Shown in pieces: positions 41,363-55,469 of a stretch of DNA of 64,000 nucleotides. The translations under genes and the position numbers were made by a program. The number at the start of each line of letters is the position of its first letter. The first letter of the stretch is position 1. The DNA is taken from NCBI GenBank assembly GCA_028534125.1, contig CM052817.1, forward strand, positions 69,194,001 through 69,258,000, in the 5' to 3' direction. The DNA comes from Lama glama (taxonomy: Eukaryota). Below the pieces are notes generated by a model that worked only from the letters and a program-made list of their open reading frames with translations, was not told where the DNA came from and did not search any database.

Positions 41363-44254
41363 TTCCTGCCTGATTGCCTCCCTCAAATATTTACTGAGTG
41401 CTCTGCACAAAACAGAAGCTATAGAGCACTGAGAAGCTCAAGTGAAGTAAATTTCTTGGCTATATTAATTGCTCCATCTTCTAGAAGCAAGGGTCCATAT
41501 ATTGCTCAGCTATCCAACCACTGTGACATCCACAGTAGTGCCGGCCATAGGATATTGGCAGGAATGTGCTGGAGGGGTATAGTCATACCACATTTAGTAT
41601 CAGACTGCAGTATCCATGGATAGGCAATGATTATAATTTGGAGGTTGGCCTGTTTATCCTGCTTAATTTTGTGCTTACGTCACAAGCAGCTGTCACTTAT
41701 GTTCTTGCTTTCCTTTCCATGCATCTTAGCTTCAGAATATCACTCCTCCAAATCCTAATATTAATCTCATTATAATGATTGCTGTTGGCTCTTTGGTAAA
41801 AGTGCAATTCTTAAATCTGCTAGCATCAATTTGCAATCAATAATTTGTCCAATGCTCTGGCCATTCTGCCTTGATTCCCTAAGATATTTTAAATAGTCCT
41901 TGAAAATTAAGTACGTCTCGGTCCTACCAACACAGCACTCTGTCAGACTCTGACTTCCTCAGAAGTGGACTCTTAAAAACCAGAGTTACTGGTGAGGTTA
42001 GGCTACATTTTTTTTTTAACTGATGTCTACTAAGAACCAGAATTAGATTTTTTTTTGGTCTTACTTAATTTTTCAAGTGACAAGCCATCAAATATTGTTG
42101 TTCTTTTGTGTTGAAAGCTTGTATTTTCTAACAAGAAAATTCACAGCACACACTCCAGTCCAATTTGTAATCAATCACTGAGGTGGCTGTGGTACAAGAC
42201 CTGCGTGTTGGTCACTTGTGCTTTTAACAATGAGAACCAACAGAAACTAAAAGTTAGTTACAATGCGGTGCAGCTGGTGTGGCCAGGACACCATTGGAAA
42301 TATAATTTCAAGAAGACTTTTCTTGTTAAAAAGCCATTTCCTTCTGAAGAGTGTTGGGAAGATAGCAGTAGGGCAAATAGGCAAGTAAGGAAATTTACAA
42401 GGGTTTTCAGAGCATTTGGAAGCATTGTACTAATTTTGAACAATTGCAAAAACATTTTTACTGAGTTAAGCTGTTTAGCCTTTTCTCTGAAATTTTAATA
42501 GGATACGTTTGCATTAAAAAAAAATAACTTTTGCCAGATTTTTTTTTTCTGGCCTCAGTGCACGCATTTTTACTAACAAGTGGCACATGAAGTAACGTGT
42601 GTCACCAGACTGGACTCTAGGGAATTGCATCTAGGAATGATTTGTTCCTGCCTCTTCTTTCAGGAAAAGAGTGGGTTGGGGTGGGGAACATACTACTGGT
42701 TTGCACTCATTAACTGCTTCCTGAACATTATGAGTCTCCAAGAAATGGCAACCATATTACATAAATTCTAACCAGGTTCTCCTAAAAAAGAGGACATGAT
42801 TATGAGCTATATTATAGATTTTATTTTTAAGGCTATCGACCAAACTGAGGGTATTCCACCTTAGAGCAACCAACACTGAAGTATTTACAGTTATAACCAC
42901 AATACTGATTCTATGATTCAGAATGTCTTCTGGAACTTTTTGGAAGGTTTTCAGAAAGTACATCATGGTTCTTTGACTGACATCCGCACCTTCTGTGTCG
43001 TATTGGGTTTAAGGAAACAAGACAAAACCACTCAGAACCAAGTATTTTGAATGTGGTGTGTTCATCAATATGATTATATTGTTTATGGTCATAAAGTTAT
43101 GGCCTAAAATAAATAAGCATGTAAACTACTTTTGAAGTTAGTTTCCAAAGGAAGGGCTAAAGAACAGTATCAAAGGCATGAGTTTTCTGCAGTGACTAAT
43201 TTGGAAAAACAATGTTTGAGTGTGTTTGTTTAAAAAAAATCTATGACTTCATTTTACCCTTGCACCTTTGTCACATTTCTTTCTTTGATATATTTCAGTA
43301 CACATTTTGTTCCTCCGCCCCACCTGCAGTTAGATCTTGTCCACTTAACACAACCCGCCACCAATCTGTTCTGAGTCCCCAGACTCCTACCCTCCTGCTA
43401 GTGCAACTTTGGTATTTCTTACCATGCTTCTAATTCCTTATAAGTCTGACTCGTCCCACGTATGTTTCCTTAGTGCTTTGCAAATGATAAAATTAGGATC
43501 AGACTTCCCCAAGGGACAGTAAGACATTTACAAAGGGAAAAAAAAAAAACAACCCAAACCCCAAATTTAATTCCTTCCAAAATATTTGGAAAAGAAAAGG
43601 TAGACACTGCATCTTTACAGTATCATCATGTCCAGCATGTCAGACTTTTCCTTGCCTGTTTATGAATATAATCTTCCAGGGCAGCCTAGCTGTCCATCTA
43701 GGGAACCAGAGAATAATGTGTGAAAAATGACTAAAGTAACTTGATTACATTTTCTGTTAATGAGAAAGGGTTTTTACACGGATTGATACCCAGCTTTGTT
43801 TTATTCATGCTTCACTTACAGCAGAAAGCAGATGTTCCCATTCTTAACATAATTAGAGTTACGATAACTAAACAACTAAGAGTTACTGCTCATCCTTAAA
43901 TCTTTATAAAAAGGAAAACTTACCAAGTTGTTCAGCTCTCATACTGTACTGAAAAGTAGAAAAGTAAAGGCCTGAACTGGACAATGTATGGGAGACTCCT
44001 TCAACCTTAAAATTCCAACTGGATTACTCATGTACACTACACTTGTTTTTACAGCTACTTATGCCAAGGACTGAGTGGAACATATGTGTCTAATAAATGT
44101 TTGTTGACTCTGATCATAGCATCTAACACACCTAAGAAGTAGGTAAGCAATTAGCAAGTTGCCTGGCTTATCGGAAGAATTTAATCACATCTGAATTCTG
44201 AAACATGCCAATAAAAAACTCTGTAGCTGGATTCTCTGGCCTCCAGTTAATAGG

Positions 44255-44760
44255 AAGTGGCAGCATGGCATGATTAAACAGACAGGCTCAAGTAAGACTG
44301 CTTGGCTTTAAATCCCAGCTCTGCCACTCATTGGCTGTGTGGTCTCAGGGACAAAGCAAGAGAAACAAGATAATTGATGACATTGTGTGCCACGCTGATA
44401 AGTTCAGACTTCATGCTCTAGAAACAGACATTTCTAGAAGAGGCTGATCAGATTTTTACTTTAGAAAGCTCACTTTAGAAGGAGTGTAAAGGCTGGTTTG
44501 GGGAAGCACAAAACTATCACAATATTGTAATGTTCCGTTGAGAAATGATAGTGGTCTGAACCAAGGCAATGATAATTGAGGTGACAATAGCACAACAAGA
44601 AAGATGAATATTAAAGATGTAGAATCCTATAAATTGGAGAATAATTACTTAGGAGCAGGGGTAGCAAGCAGGAAGCTTGGCTGGTTTCTAGCTTGGACAA
44701 ACGGTTGGGTGAGATTTCTGCACATGTAACATGAATGATTAGAGCTACTACATTGTTCAC
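44255..44760. mobile_element. MIR 5' fragment followed by a minus-strand L2 fragment
   Basis: taaatcccagctctgccactcattggctgtgtg (MIR); tttagaaagctcactttag...gagaaatgatagtggtctgaaccaaggc (L2). Confidence 0.6.
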
Positions 44761-45155
44761 TAGGAAATGCCTACTTAGCAATACAATAATATGTTTTCAA
44801 AAGCCTTGAAAAATACCCACTTTCCCATTTGAAGAGTCTGTGGCAAATGTTCTTCATCTGTCACAGTCCATGTGGTTTTGCACACATACAACTGGACTTG
44901 ACAATTGGCTATTTCCCTGAACTTTATCCATTGTGAACCTTGGAACCTGCAATGTGCCCAAAATATGACACTCAAATGTCATTTCAGAGCATTAAAAATA
45001 AACTTATTTCTATTATTGGATTCTTACTATGCTTTTCCAAGATGTTTTTTAAAATACACAAACAGTAACACATCTTCTAAATAACAGAATAAAAACGCAT
45101 AGGGGTCTTGTATGTCACAGGCAGGATATTCTAATAACAGGCTGTCTGTAGCCTG

Positions 45156-45205
45156 TAATAATGATGATGATGATAATAACAACAACAACAACAATAATAA
45201 TAATA
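45156..45205. repeat. Compound trinucleotide tract (TAA/GAT/CAA)
   Basis: taataatgatgatgatgataataacaacaacaacaacaataataataat. Confidence 0.85.
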
Positions 45206-46129
45206 CCACTAAGTTTTAATCAGAAATGTGAAAGTATTACTACTGACACTGAAATTTTTGAAGAAATCCAAGAAAATCAAGACAAATAGGTAAAGAAAGG
45301 AAACAAAACCAAAAAACCACATTTCACTTTCAACCCTTCTTCCAATAAAAAAAAAAAGCAGTCTATCAAAACAGAAACTGACTTATGATTCCAGAATCAT
45401 AAAATCCGACTAGGTTAACTCATTCTTTGCTTGATTCTGTCTAATTCAGATTTGTCTTTCATAAATTCAGAGTGGAAAGGTCTTAATTTTGTTTTTCATG
45501 AAACAGCCTCTAGTGATGTAAGTAAGCAATATTTTATACTTTACAAAGAGATAGGAAGAGACACTATTGTTACACCTACCACTTTACTGATGAGAAAACT
45601 AAGCCTTAACAGTGTTAGATGATTTCTTCAAGGTCTCATATATTGAAAACAGGCTAACCAGGTCTTCTGAGTCTGTATCATATGGTCTGTCAAGTTCACT
45701 TACTGTCCTGTGTTGAAACTGTAACCATCCTCAACTGCATATTCTTAGAAGTAAAGTATGATGATACACACACGGCGCACACCCAGAAGGCAGAACGCTA
45801 ATGAGGGATAACAGATTCTGATGAATAAGCCTGAAACACCCAAGTACCAAAGGCAGCATTGTTATTAGTCACTTACTCCGGGAAGTGGAGAGGCGGAGGT
45901 CAGACACATTCCAAGTGAAGAGGTCCACCAGGCCTAGGCCCGAGGCTGACATGCAGTAGCAGCCGGGAGAGTGGGCGAGTTCTGAGATGACCGTGCTTCT
46001 CTCCATGAAAACCTGCCTGCCTCTGCCTTCTCCCTCCCCTCACAGGGGCTGATTCCACAAGTACTGTCGATCTCCGAGTATCGAATGGTGCCCTGAGTTC
46101 CCGGCAGGGGACTTATTTCAAACCACAGG

Positions 46130-46365
46130 GGTCAGTGGTTTTTCAAACCACAGGTTTGATCAATCAATTCTATGAGTGATGAGCAGTATTTAACATAGTG
46201 AGAGAGAATAGAACAGAACAAGAGAGCAGTGCAGAGCAGAACAGAAGGGGAAGGACTAAAAAGAAAAACATTTCACTGCATCATTAGAGTATTTATTGTT
46301 GAAACTTTTTTTTTCCAGGGATGTGAATGTGTGTACTTGATCTCAATGTAAAATATATTTCTTCG
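46130..46365. mobile_element. hAT-Charlie-type non-autonomous element fragment
   Basis: cagtggtttttcaaac terminus, gaatagaacagaac repeats, tgaaactttt...gtgtacttgatctcaatgtaaaat. Confidence 0.45.
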
Positions 46366-47599
46366 GTACAGACTCTCTCCAGCCAGGCTTCTTGCTAATC
46401 ATGTCATTAAAGTGTCATAACTGAAAAAGCAAGCAAGGCCAATACAGTGAGAGCCACATTCTTTCATTCATTTTCTTTAAGTCCTACTGACACAGTTGTC
46501 ATCGTGACATAGCATTCTTTGCTAATACACTTTGACATACTCAAATTTAAAACTGAAAAAGAGCTCTATGTATAAGTTCTCCCCCACCAGCTTTTTAACC
46601 AATGGAATCAAATTCCTCTACAGAGCTTTGTTATTACTTGAAGGCTGGTGTTAGAAGTCAGATGGTCCAAGTTCCCACAGAAGCTCCTTTGCCGCAGGAA
46701 CCGTTTGTAGTACATTGGGCAGAACATGACACATCCCCTAATTTGCTTCCCTCATATGTAAAACGAAGGAGTTAAATTAAGTGATTTCTAATGCCTCTCC
46801 CAGTTCTAACTGTACCCCCTTTAGCCTGCTGTACAAGTTCTTGAAACTTGTAGATGATAAAAGGTTCTCTGGGCTCTTTTTATAAAGCTCTCCATCTTGA
46901 TTAATGATGATTAAGCACATTTGAGGAATCCTCTTATTTGGTTACTAAATATTTAAGCACTATTAAGGGTCTACCAAGTTGAAAGTAAATGTTAAGGAGG
47001 TTTTTCACACTAAAAGTTAACAATTATTTATAAAATAGCAAGTAGCAAAAAAAATTACTCTTTAAGACATAGTTCAAGTTATAAAAACAAGCATTATATA
47101 TTGATTAAAATATATATGTGCATGTAATATGTAACATTTCATGAACATCAATAATAGAAACTTGCATATTCATTGCTATAACAGTAAGTGCATCGTAGAG
47201 AAACAAATTGGAGGCCATTTAAATCCCAAGCATTCAAATAAATAGCGTTCAAGAAACAAAAGCACCTATCTTGATAGGAATCTACACAGCTTTCTTTCAT
47301 CACCAGTGAGTGATGAGTCAGGGCAGAGCAAAGAGTTTGGGGTGATCAGACGTAATTCTCGCAGTCTGCATTCGTCTAACCTGGGGCACTTTTTATCAGG
47401 CTTTCCTGAGAGCCATGAGAAATCATAAAGACTTGGTTGCCTGACTCCTGACAATTTGAAGTTAACCATAAAAGGATTCATTTTTGATATGAAGATTTCT
47501 TTGTTTTGTTTCTAGAAGGACTTCCAGAACATCTGAGCAGGCAAAGGGGCTCAGAAGTTTAACCAAGCTCAAGGTGGATACCCACGAATGTGACAAAAG

Positions 47600-47930
47600 A
47601 ATACCAGCCAAGAAGAGAACTCAGAAAAGAGAGGAGAGAGGACTGGGGAGAGACTGTGTGAGGACACGCCCACATTCGTGGGCAGAAGGTTGTGGAGGAA
47701 TCAGTGCAAGAAGTAAAGAGGAATGAGCCAGGGAGGAAAGGAAAACATGCAGTATTAACAGAAGCAAGGGCTATACAGGTACGAAGTATAGGCAACAGGC
47801 CACGGAGCACAGAGGATGGTTACCGGAAAAAAGACTTGGAGGTTTCAAGTGACAAATTAACACAATGCTTGTTGAGCCAAATTTCAAAGGGTTAAGATGA
47901 ACTGAAGCCAGAATGAGCAAGTGAACACTA
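47600..47930 (-). mobile_element. L2 fragment
   Basis: Purine-rich gaggaatcagtgcaagaagt...gccagggagg...gagccaaatttcaaagggttaag pattern. Confidence 0.5.
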
Positions 47931-49404
47931 TTATTTGAATGTTACCTGTCATTTTAGTTGGTTTTAAATGACAATTCTCCCACTGTCCCCCCACTTGGAT
48001 GAAGGTTTTTAGTTCATTACCGGATAGAAACTCTTACTGGCAAACAGTTTGTTTCCAATATGTTCAGAGGAATTTATTGCAAACCCCAATGAGATGACGT
48101 TCACTCTCAATTAACATTATTAAAATACTTCCAAATTACTTGAATCAAGAAAAAAAACAATTCACATAAAACAAAAAAGTAAAGGTAATGAAATGGGAAT
48201 AATGAGACCCAAATTTCAGAGTCCTCTTAGCAGGACAGGCTGACACTCAAAGAGGGTTGTAAACCTTCCAAATTCTCAGCAAGCTCTTTGGGCTCCAGGC
48301 CCCGTGCGGAAAGTGTCAGGAAGCTTGCCTTTGCACAGGCTGTCTTACTTTGGAGAATATCAAATTAATGCTGTTGGCAGCAGACTCTAACATGTTGTTC
48401 AATTATTTTGGTTCCTGTGCATAAATAACGAATATTGCCATGGTGTGAGGACCTCCACTCATCATGATCGTGTTTTTGATGTCTGCTATAATCTGACTTC
48501 TGTGTAATTTCACCAATTACTCAATTATGTGCTATTTTGCTTACTTTTTTACAGCATAACCAGACTTACAATCCCTTTTAATGTTAGCACTCAATACAAG
48601 AAACGTGATTACATATGTGGGTGTGTGTTTACTTTGTCTTGTTTTGTTCTATTTTACAATTCTTGGCCTTGGTGTAATTGAGTTCATTTGTTTCCTTCGT
48701 GTCCATCACACACATTGGTTTAGCTACTCCTATCCCCTCTTGGTGGGAAAAAGTTAGCAGCCACTTTCCATTTTGTGCAGAAGCACTTGACCTTACTTAT
48801 TTCTGTAATGGTGGTAGGAATAATGACATCAGCACAGTAACTAAATGCACTTTCCTTTTCCAGTTGCTCAGTAAGATGAATATTATTAACCATAATAGGT
48901 TGCTATTATTATTGTTATCCTATTTTATAGATTAAAAAAAAAAGGGACCAGAGAATAAGTGGCTTTTCCAAAGACATTAAGCTAGTCAGTGGTGAGCCAG
49001 AATTTAGAAAAATTCCCTTAGGAACTCCGTTAGGAAACTGTAGTGCTGCAGGGTTGTTACAGAGCATCTGATTCTCTGAATGGCAGGTGGGGGGGGGGTG
49101 TCAAAAGTAAAGGAAAAACAGAAGCAACAGCAGGCTCTAAACCTGGACGATTCCATCCTATCTGATCAGAGTGTGAAGGATGCCAGCCAAACCAAATTTA
49201 AGCGATTGAGGACAGGCCATTGAGAAGGCCTCTGCTTTGCTGATGTCAGCGGGCACATAGTGTCACTTAGGGGCAGAAAGATGAGTACCGGGGACTGTAT
49301 GGCAGTTACAAAGAGAAAAGAAGAGAAAATAGGATGTATCCAACAGCATTCCCTTCTACTTGAGGCAACACCATAATTTAATGGGAAAGAGTAGGAGAAA
49401 GAGG

Positions 49405-49429
49405 GGTGTGTGTGTGTGTGTGTGTGTGT
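49405..49429. repeat. (GT)12 microsatellite
   Basis: Direct observation. Confidence 0.9.
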
Positions 49430-49724
49430 AGTTTCCTTGCTGACAGCAAGGAGGGAGGCAAGTAAAGGCAGAAATGAAAATAATGTTCTGTCATTATGTG
49501 CCTGCCTTTGTATCCATGAAGTGCTAACATACTTTGGCTGCTCAGAGTAGCAGTTGGCATCAACAGAGGGTTTGGGTTCTGGTATGGTGTTTAATGTATC
49601 TAGAGTTATGCCCATGCCATTAGAAAATATAAGCAGGAAGAGTAAAATGAAGGTCAATATTTCCTTTTAAATCCATATTGTATGGATATCGTATCCATAT
49701 TGTATATTGTAGCGTATTGTAGCA

Positions 49725-49990
49725 GCACGGCCTGATAGTTAAATATGCAGGTTTTGACACCAGATGGCTTCAGTTCATATTTAGACTTTCTCTACTTACT
49801 GCTGTGTGACTTGTACAAATTGCATAACCCCTTCACATCTCAGGAGAATTATTGTTTTATCATTTATAAAAACAAGGATGATATTAGAACTTCCTTCAAA
49901 GGGCTGCCAAGAGAATCAAAAAAATTAACTTGAACGAAGCATTTGGAGTAGTGCCTGGCACAGAACAAATAATCAATAAATGGAACCTCT
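49725..49990 (+). mobile_element. MIR SINE
   Basis: ctacttactgctgtgtgacttgtacaaattgcataacc...gtagtgcctggcacagaacaaataatcaataaat. Confidence 0.75.
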
Positions 49991-52900
49991 TACTATAATT
50001 TAACGTGTGCTATAACTACTTACAAGCCAGTTTAAGGAAATAAGATAATCTGAAAGATCACTCTTTTCTTCCAGTCCCCAGAAGAAAGAACATTCTTATT
50101 CCACACTATAAAGCATAATCTGGAGAGCTAACATTTTTAAGGAAATGTTCGGATAAATCCATACCTTTAGAAAGTTTCTCCTCCTAATTGTGAAGCACTG
50201 TGTTGCCACTTAATGTCCTTACTCATTCATTGGTTCTATTTATCTGTTTGCTTCAGACAGGGTAGGACAGTTAAAATGTCATGTGATAATGAAATATTGA
50301 AATTTAAGCTATTGTGTATACTAAATGATATAAGTAGAGTCAGTTAATTAAATTAGACACTGTAATATATTTAAAAGGATATCTGATGCACATTTGTCTC
50401 TTTTATCTGAGTAGGGAAAAGAGAGAAGTAACTTTTTAAAAAACATTTACTACTTTTGTGTTTTGCTGATTCTATTTCTACATTTATTATTTGGGGCACA
50501 TAGATAAAGCTAAACTAGTATTAAGATCCCACAGATATAATCTATTATACAGGCTCAGTGGTTGTGGATAAATGTTAGAAAAATACTTCTGTATTTAGTG
50601 CTACATAAACTAATTGAGTTAAAATACAGCAATTTAGATCTGGTATTGAAATCCCCTCTGCCTTCAAGGTTTCTGATTTAATTTACCATTACTAAGACAA
50701 GGATCTATGGCATGAACTCTCCCTAAGGACTCTGAGTAGATATTGGTGTTATTCATGGCCTTCCTTCCTTGGTTTGAACCAAAAGAAGTGGGCACTAAAC
50801 CAAAGTTGTTATCAATCATAAGAGACTCATTGGGAAGCCACTACTCAAAATATTTGGATGGTGACTTTTCTTCCTGTGGACAGATGTTCCTATCAAAAAA
50901 AAAAAAAAAAGAACCCTCCCATATTTTATATCAGTTGACTTCTATGTTGGGGAGAATGATTTATATTTGCCCTAAAGAAAATAACAATTAGAAAAAAATT
51001 ACTGTCATTTTCTAGTTTCTGGCAAGCGTGGCCAGAGGAAGAGAACTTAACTTCTGTTTCCCTTAAACAGCAATACTAAATTTCTGTTACACATTCCATA
51101 TTTAATCCTTCCATGTAATCTTAAAGCAGTCCTACCAACACAAAAATCTATTTATTATTATTAATTTTGTTTTGGGAGGTTTTGTTTCAGATCTTATTTT
51201 AAAAATGATCTGAGAAGAGGAAAATAAATATTTAATTAACTAGGATAATTAACTAGGAGCAGCTTTCTCTCCTTTCTATAGATGAATACAAGGGACTAGA
51301 GTATAATGAAATAAAATGACTTCAAAAGGCCGTCAGGGAGTCAGAGACAGAAATCAGCTTGTAGTTCACTTTGATGTTACATCAGTCCCGAAGAATGAAC
51401 GGCCGGAGTGATTGAGTATAAAACAGTAAATATACTGAGTATTATAAAAGGCCTCTGTAATTTAACAGATTATTTTAGTGTCCATTTAAAATGATTGTGC
51501 AGGGGAAAGGAGGCGACAATATTCTCCTAGAACAGAATACATCAGTTACCCTTCTGTTACGTTGCTTTCCCGACTTTAAACGTAAGATTTGAAACATTCC
51601 AGGAAGGAGTCTGTATCGGAGGGGAGTCCTACAGAAAGACTAGGGCAGGGCCAGAGCCACAGCCGGAGTGAATTTCAGTAACCTTGTCCCTTGCTCTCTC
51701 TCCTCAGGCAAAGAAATAAAATGATGGACGCCCATACTTAGATTATCATTAAAATAGTTTTCTTGTTATTCACGAGGTAACCTTCACTTGTATCAACCAT
51801 CAGTTCTCTACTATCCACAGTGAGAGAAAAGAAACTTTAGTGTCTAATATTTTTCATTTTGGAAAATTTCATTTTCAAAATGATTTTCTTTCCCAATTAT
51901 GTTTAGTGTCAGTTGATGTCCAGAGGACAGAGCAAATATTTATCCTCTGGAAGGGGAAAGTTGGGCAGGAGTTTTAAAAAAAGAGTCACTGATAATTTCA
52001 GAAAGTGAAGAGATCACCTTTGGAAAATACGGTCTATAGCTTATTTCAATGAGCACTTTCATGAGTGTTCGTGTGTTTAAATAGACATAGCATTTGTATT
52101 AAAAAATGCAATATACAAATATTAGTATTCTCTAACCAACTTCCTCAAACTTCTGTTTCAATGCATTTCAAGCATTTTTCTCTCACAGCATAACTTCATC
52201 CAAACCACCGTCCTTCAAGTGTTCAAATTATATCAGAAAATAATGGAATCTGAATTTACACTAAACTAGTTTCAGATTCTTTTTAGAGACACATGCCAGG
52301 AAGCTTATCTACATTTAAAATAAAATTATTTTCCACAGTTCTCTTCATAACTTTTAAAAAAATTTCAAAATCATACACCATTAAATTCAAATTAATCTGC
52401 TGGTCTCAAAAAGACAAAATAAGGAGTAAAGACTAAAAGAAGCAATTACAAACAGAAATCCAAATGATTTTTCATTCACAAAAAAATCACTGTTAATTGC
52501 AAGGGTAAACTGATTTTATAAATTGATTTTTTTCCCCTTTAAGGTGGCCTGTAAAAGTCAATACCTCACACTCCAGAGGTGATGTCAAGCAATGGTGCAC
52601 TTAATCAGAATATATTTATCCATATGATATTAAACATTTTGTTTGGTATTACTTTTGATTTGGAAAATTTGCAAGTCTCTTTAGAAATTTAAATCTATAA
52701 ATATTGACACGTTAGTAACAGTCCTGCAATCTAATTTACCGCATACACAGTACCTTTTAAAACCTATAATAACAGATGTAAATGGAAAGTCAAATTAAAA
52801 CATTAATGTGAATAATTCAGCAAAATCATTTTTGCTACTTCTGTATCGATCACCTGAATACTAAGACATTCAATTTTCTAGGTCAGTTTCCAGTCATAAC

Positions 52901-54779
52901 TCATAACTGTTTCTTTGAAAGAAACCTAAGAATGAGAATTTTAACACCTCTGGAAAACAGTGCATTTTCTCTGGGGGTCTCTAAACCTTTCCTGAAATTC
53001 AAAGGCGAGTTTTCCAGAAGTGATTTATAAATAACCCACCCTGCTGATAGGACAAGTAGAATTCCTCTAAATAAGGATGTCTTCTTCATATGAAATCAGG
53101 CTTCTACAGTGAATTAGGAAAACCCTGGGGCCCATTTAGCCTCATTTCCACTTTTGTAGATTAATGAATTTTAATTTCTTTAATAATTTATTCTGCAATC
53201 GCAATAAAAATTCTATCTTAATTCTCTATTCTGAAAGTAAATGAGAAAATAAAATTAACAATTATTCAATTTTCACTTAAGGAGAAGAAGACCAAAGACT
53301 GAGTTTCTAATATGCCTATTTGAAGCTACATCCTATAGTCTCTTGTTCCTGTATCTCTGACATACATATAGTTCAGTATCATCAACCAAAGATTGGGGAG
53401 AGCGAGAGAATCAAACTTCTTAGGCCTCAGGATGACACACATAATCAGCTAGTTTTATCAGTTGGCATTTTACTTACAAATCTTCTCAACCAATCATATT
53501 TTTCCTATTATGATCGATAAAAATTCAGCTCAACTGCATTTTAATTCTAAAGTTTTTCTCCATAAAAGGGTGTGGGATCCTCCCTTTCAAATAGTCTTTC
53601 TAATTTCCATTCCATTATTGAAAATAAGAGTACTAAGAATTTAAGTAACCACATAACGAGTGAAGGAAAGAAGATAAAGAGACCCATAAATATTCAAAGA
53701 ATTCCTCTTCCTACTTCAAAGAAGAGAGATTTTTTTTCTGTTTATTCCTTCCTAACAGTACACATTTTAGATCACCTGCTAAACAAGCAAGAATCCAGAA
53801 TATACAATAGATAATGCTCTTATTTTCCAGTTATCTTTCTGCGATTCAACTCAATCCTTTATATTATGTTACCTTTGTCTCTGATTAGTTGCTATTTTCT
53901 CATAAACCCAGTGTCAAATTTTAAGGGTCTGGCATTGCAGTTAAGTAAATATAATGAAATAACTCCATAGAACCACTAAGTTATGGGGAGCATATAAGAA
54001 ATTCAACTCAAAAAAAAAAAGAAATTCAACTCATTTGTAAAATAAATAAAATTAATCTTCAGTTTGAAGACATGCAAAGTAGAACTGCAAAGTAACCTCT
54101 TTAAGGAGCAGATACTTGAAGAGAGAAAAAAAGGCGAACATTTATATGCATATATACTGTCAAAACATAAAGGACAAGCCTGTTTCTGGGGCACATCCTG
54201 AAGTCTAGCTGTGTAACCCTATGGCTATTGGCAGTACTGACATAACTGATAATTCAATTTGGGAACATCAGGTGTTACGGCCCAATGGTGATGGAAACAG
54301 AAAGTTCTTTACAGAAACTCACAGAACATACATGGATTAGAATCAAAAGGAACCTCAAAGATCATTGGGTCCATCCCTCTGTTCTTGGCTGAACTAAGCA
54401 GGTCTTTTCAACAACTGATAAGGTAGAATTTGAAGTTAGCAGAATTAGAGAAAAGTTTGATGATTTGGATTGAGAGCATCCTTTCTTTGTAATCTTTGAC
54501 TCATCTAAGAGAATGTCAAGTTTATTCCTATTGAAAATAGGGTGTTTCCCAGGGAAGAGAAAAAAGGAATGAGAGTAATCTTGTAAGTGTGGAGGTATGT
54601 GCACATGCGTGAGAATATGCACAGGACATGTATGTATGTAGTGTGTGTGCAGATGTATAGTTTCTTACTTCCCTTTGGGAGCATAAAAAAAATCATTTGG
54701 CTGCAGGCTTTGTATTCGTTTGAGAGGATAGCTGAAATGTTTGACATTTCAAAGCCCAGGAAGCAGTCTGGAAATGCAA

Positions 54780-55310
54780 AACTGTCCCCGTGAGAGGGCA
54801 GTAGGGGGCCAACCGCGGGCAAGTCTTTCCTCGTTGTGCATCCAGGACTGGCCTTGGCTGTCAATCTTCACCCTGCTGCCTACGCTGGGTACAGGGGCAG
54901 TGGAGGACACCGGGATCGCGCACAGCGGCCGCAGCAGGCTCCTCTCATAAAACAGGGAAACCAGGGATCTGTGGGGCAATAAGCCGCCTTCATGGGTTGA
55001 CAGTTGAGTTGTACGAGGTGCCTGTGCTGTTTAGCAAGCTGGCTTCCCACAAAAGGAGCGGAAGGGGGAATTGTAGCGGTTCCCAGTGCCCACAGGGCCC
55101 CCTCTCCTGGCCGCTGCGCGCTGGCCACAGCGGGTGCCAAGTGTGCACGCTCGTGTCTCTCTGTGTGTCTGTTTGTGTAACTGTCTGAGTAGCTGTCAAT
55201 CTATCTGACAGAGATGCTCGCGGAAAGTTCCCTCTGGAAAAAACATCGGGAGTCTCCCTTGCTATGCCGCAGGCGCCCTAGCGGCCCGCACTTACAATGC
55301 TGTCACTCAC
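54780..55310. promoter_or_regulatory. Intronic CpG-rich segment, candidate regulatory element
   Basis: CpG-dense block 0.7-1.3 kb into intron 1 containing five TGACAG hexamers. Confidence 0.55.
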
Positions 55311-55469
55311 TTCATTATTTTGCTTCCTCTCGGATGATTTATTTACAGTTCTTTAGGAGTGAAAAATACTCATCCACTGAGGTTTTATCTTTGTGACCTT
55401 CTTGAAAGTGAGAGAGTGGCTGGAAAGAAAGGAGAACCCGAAAAACGGTAAATTCCCCCTTCAGATGGT

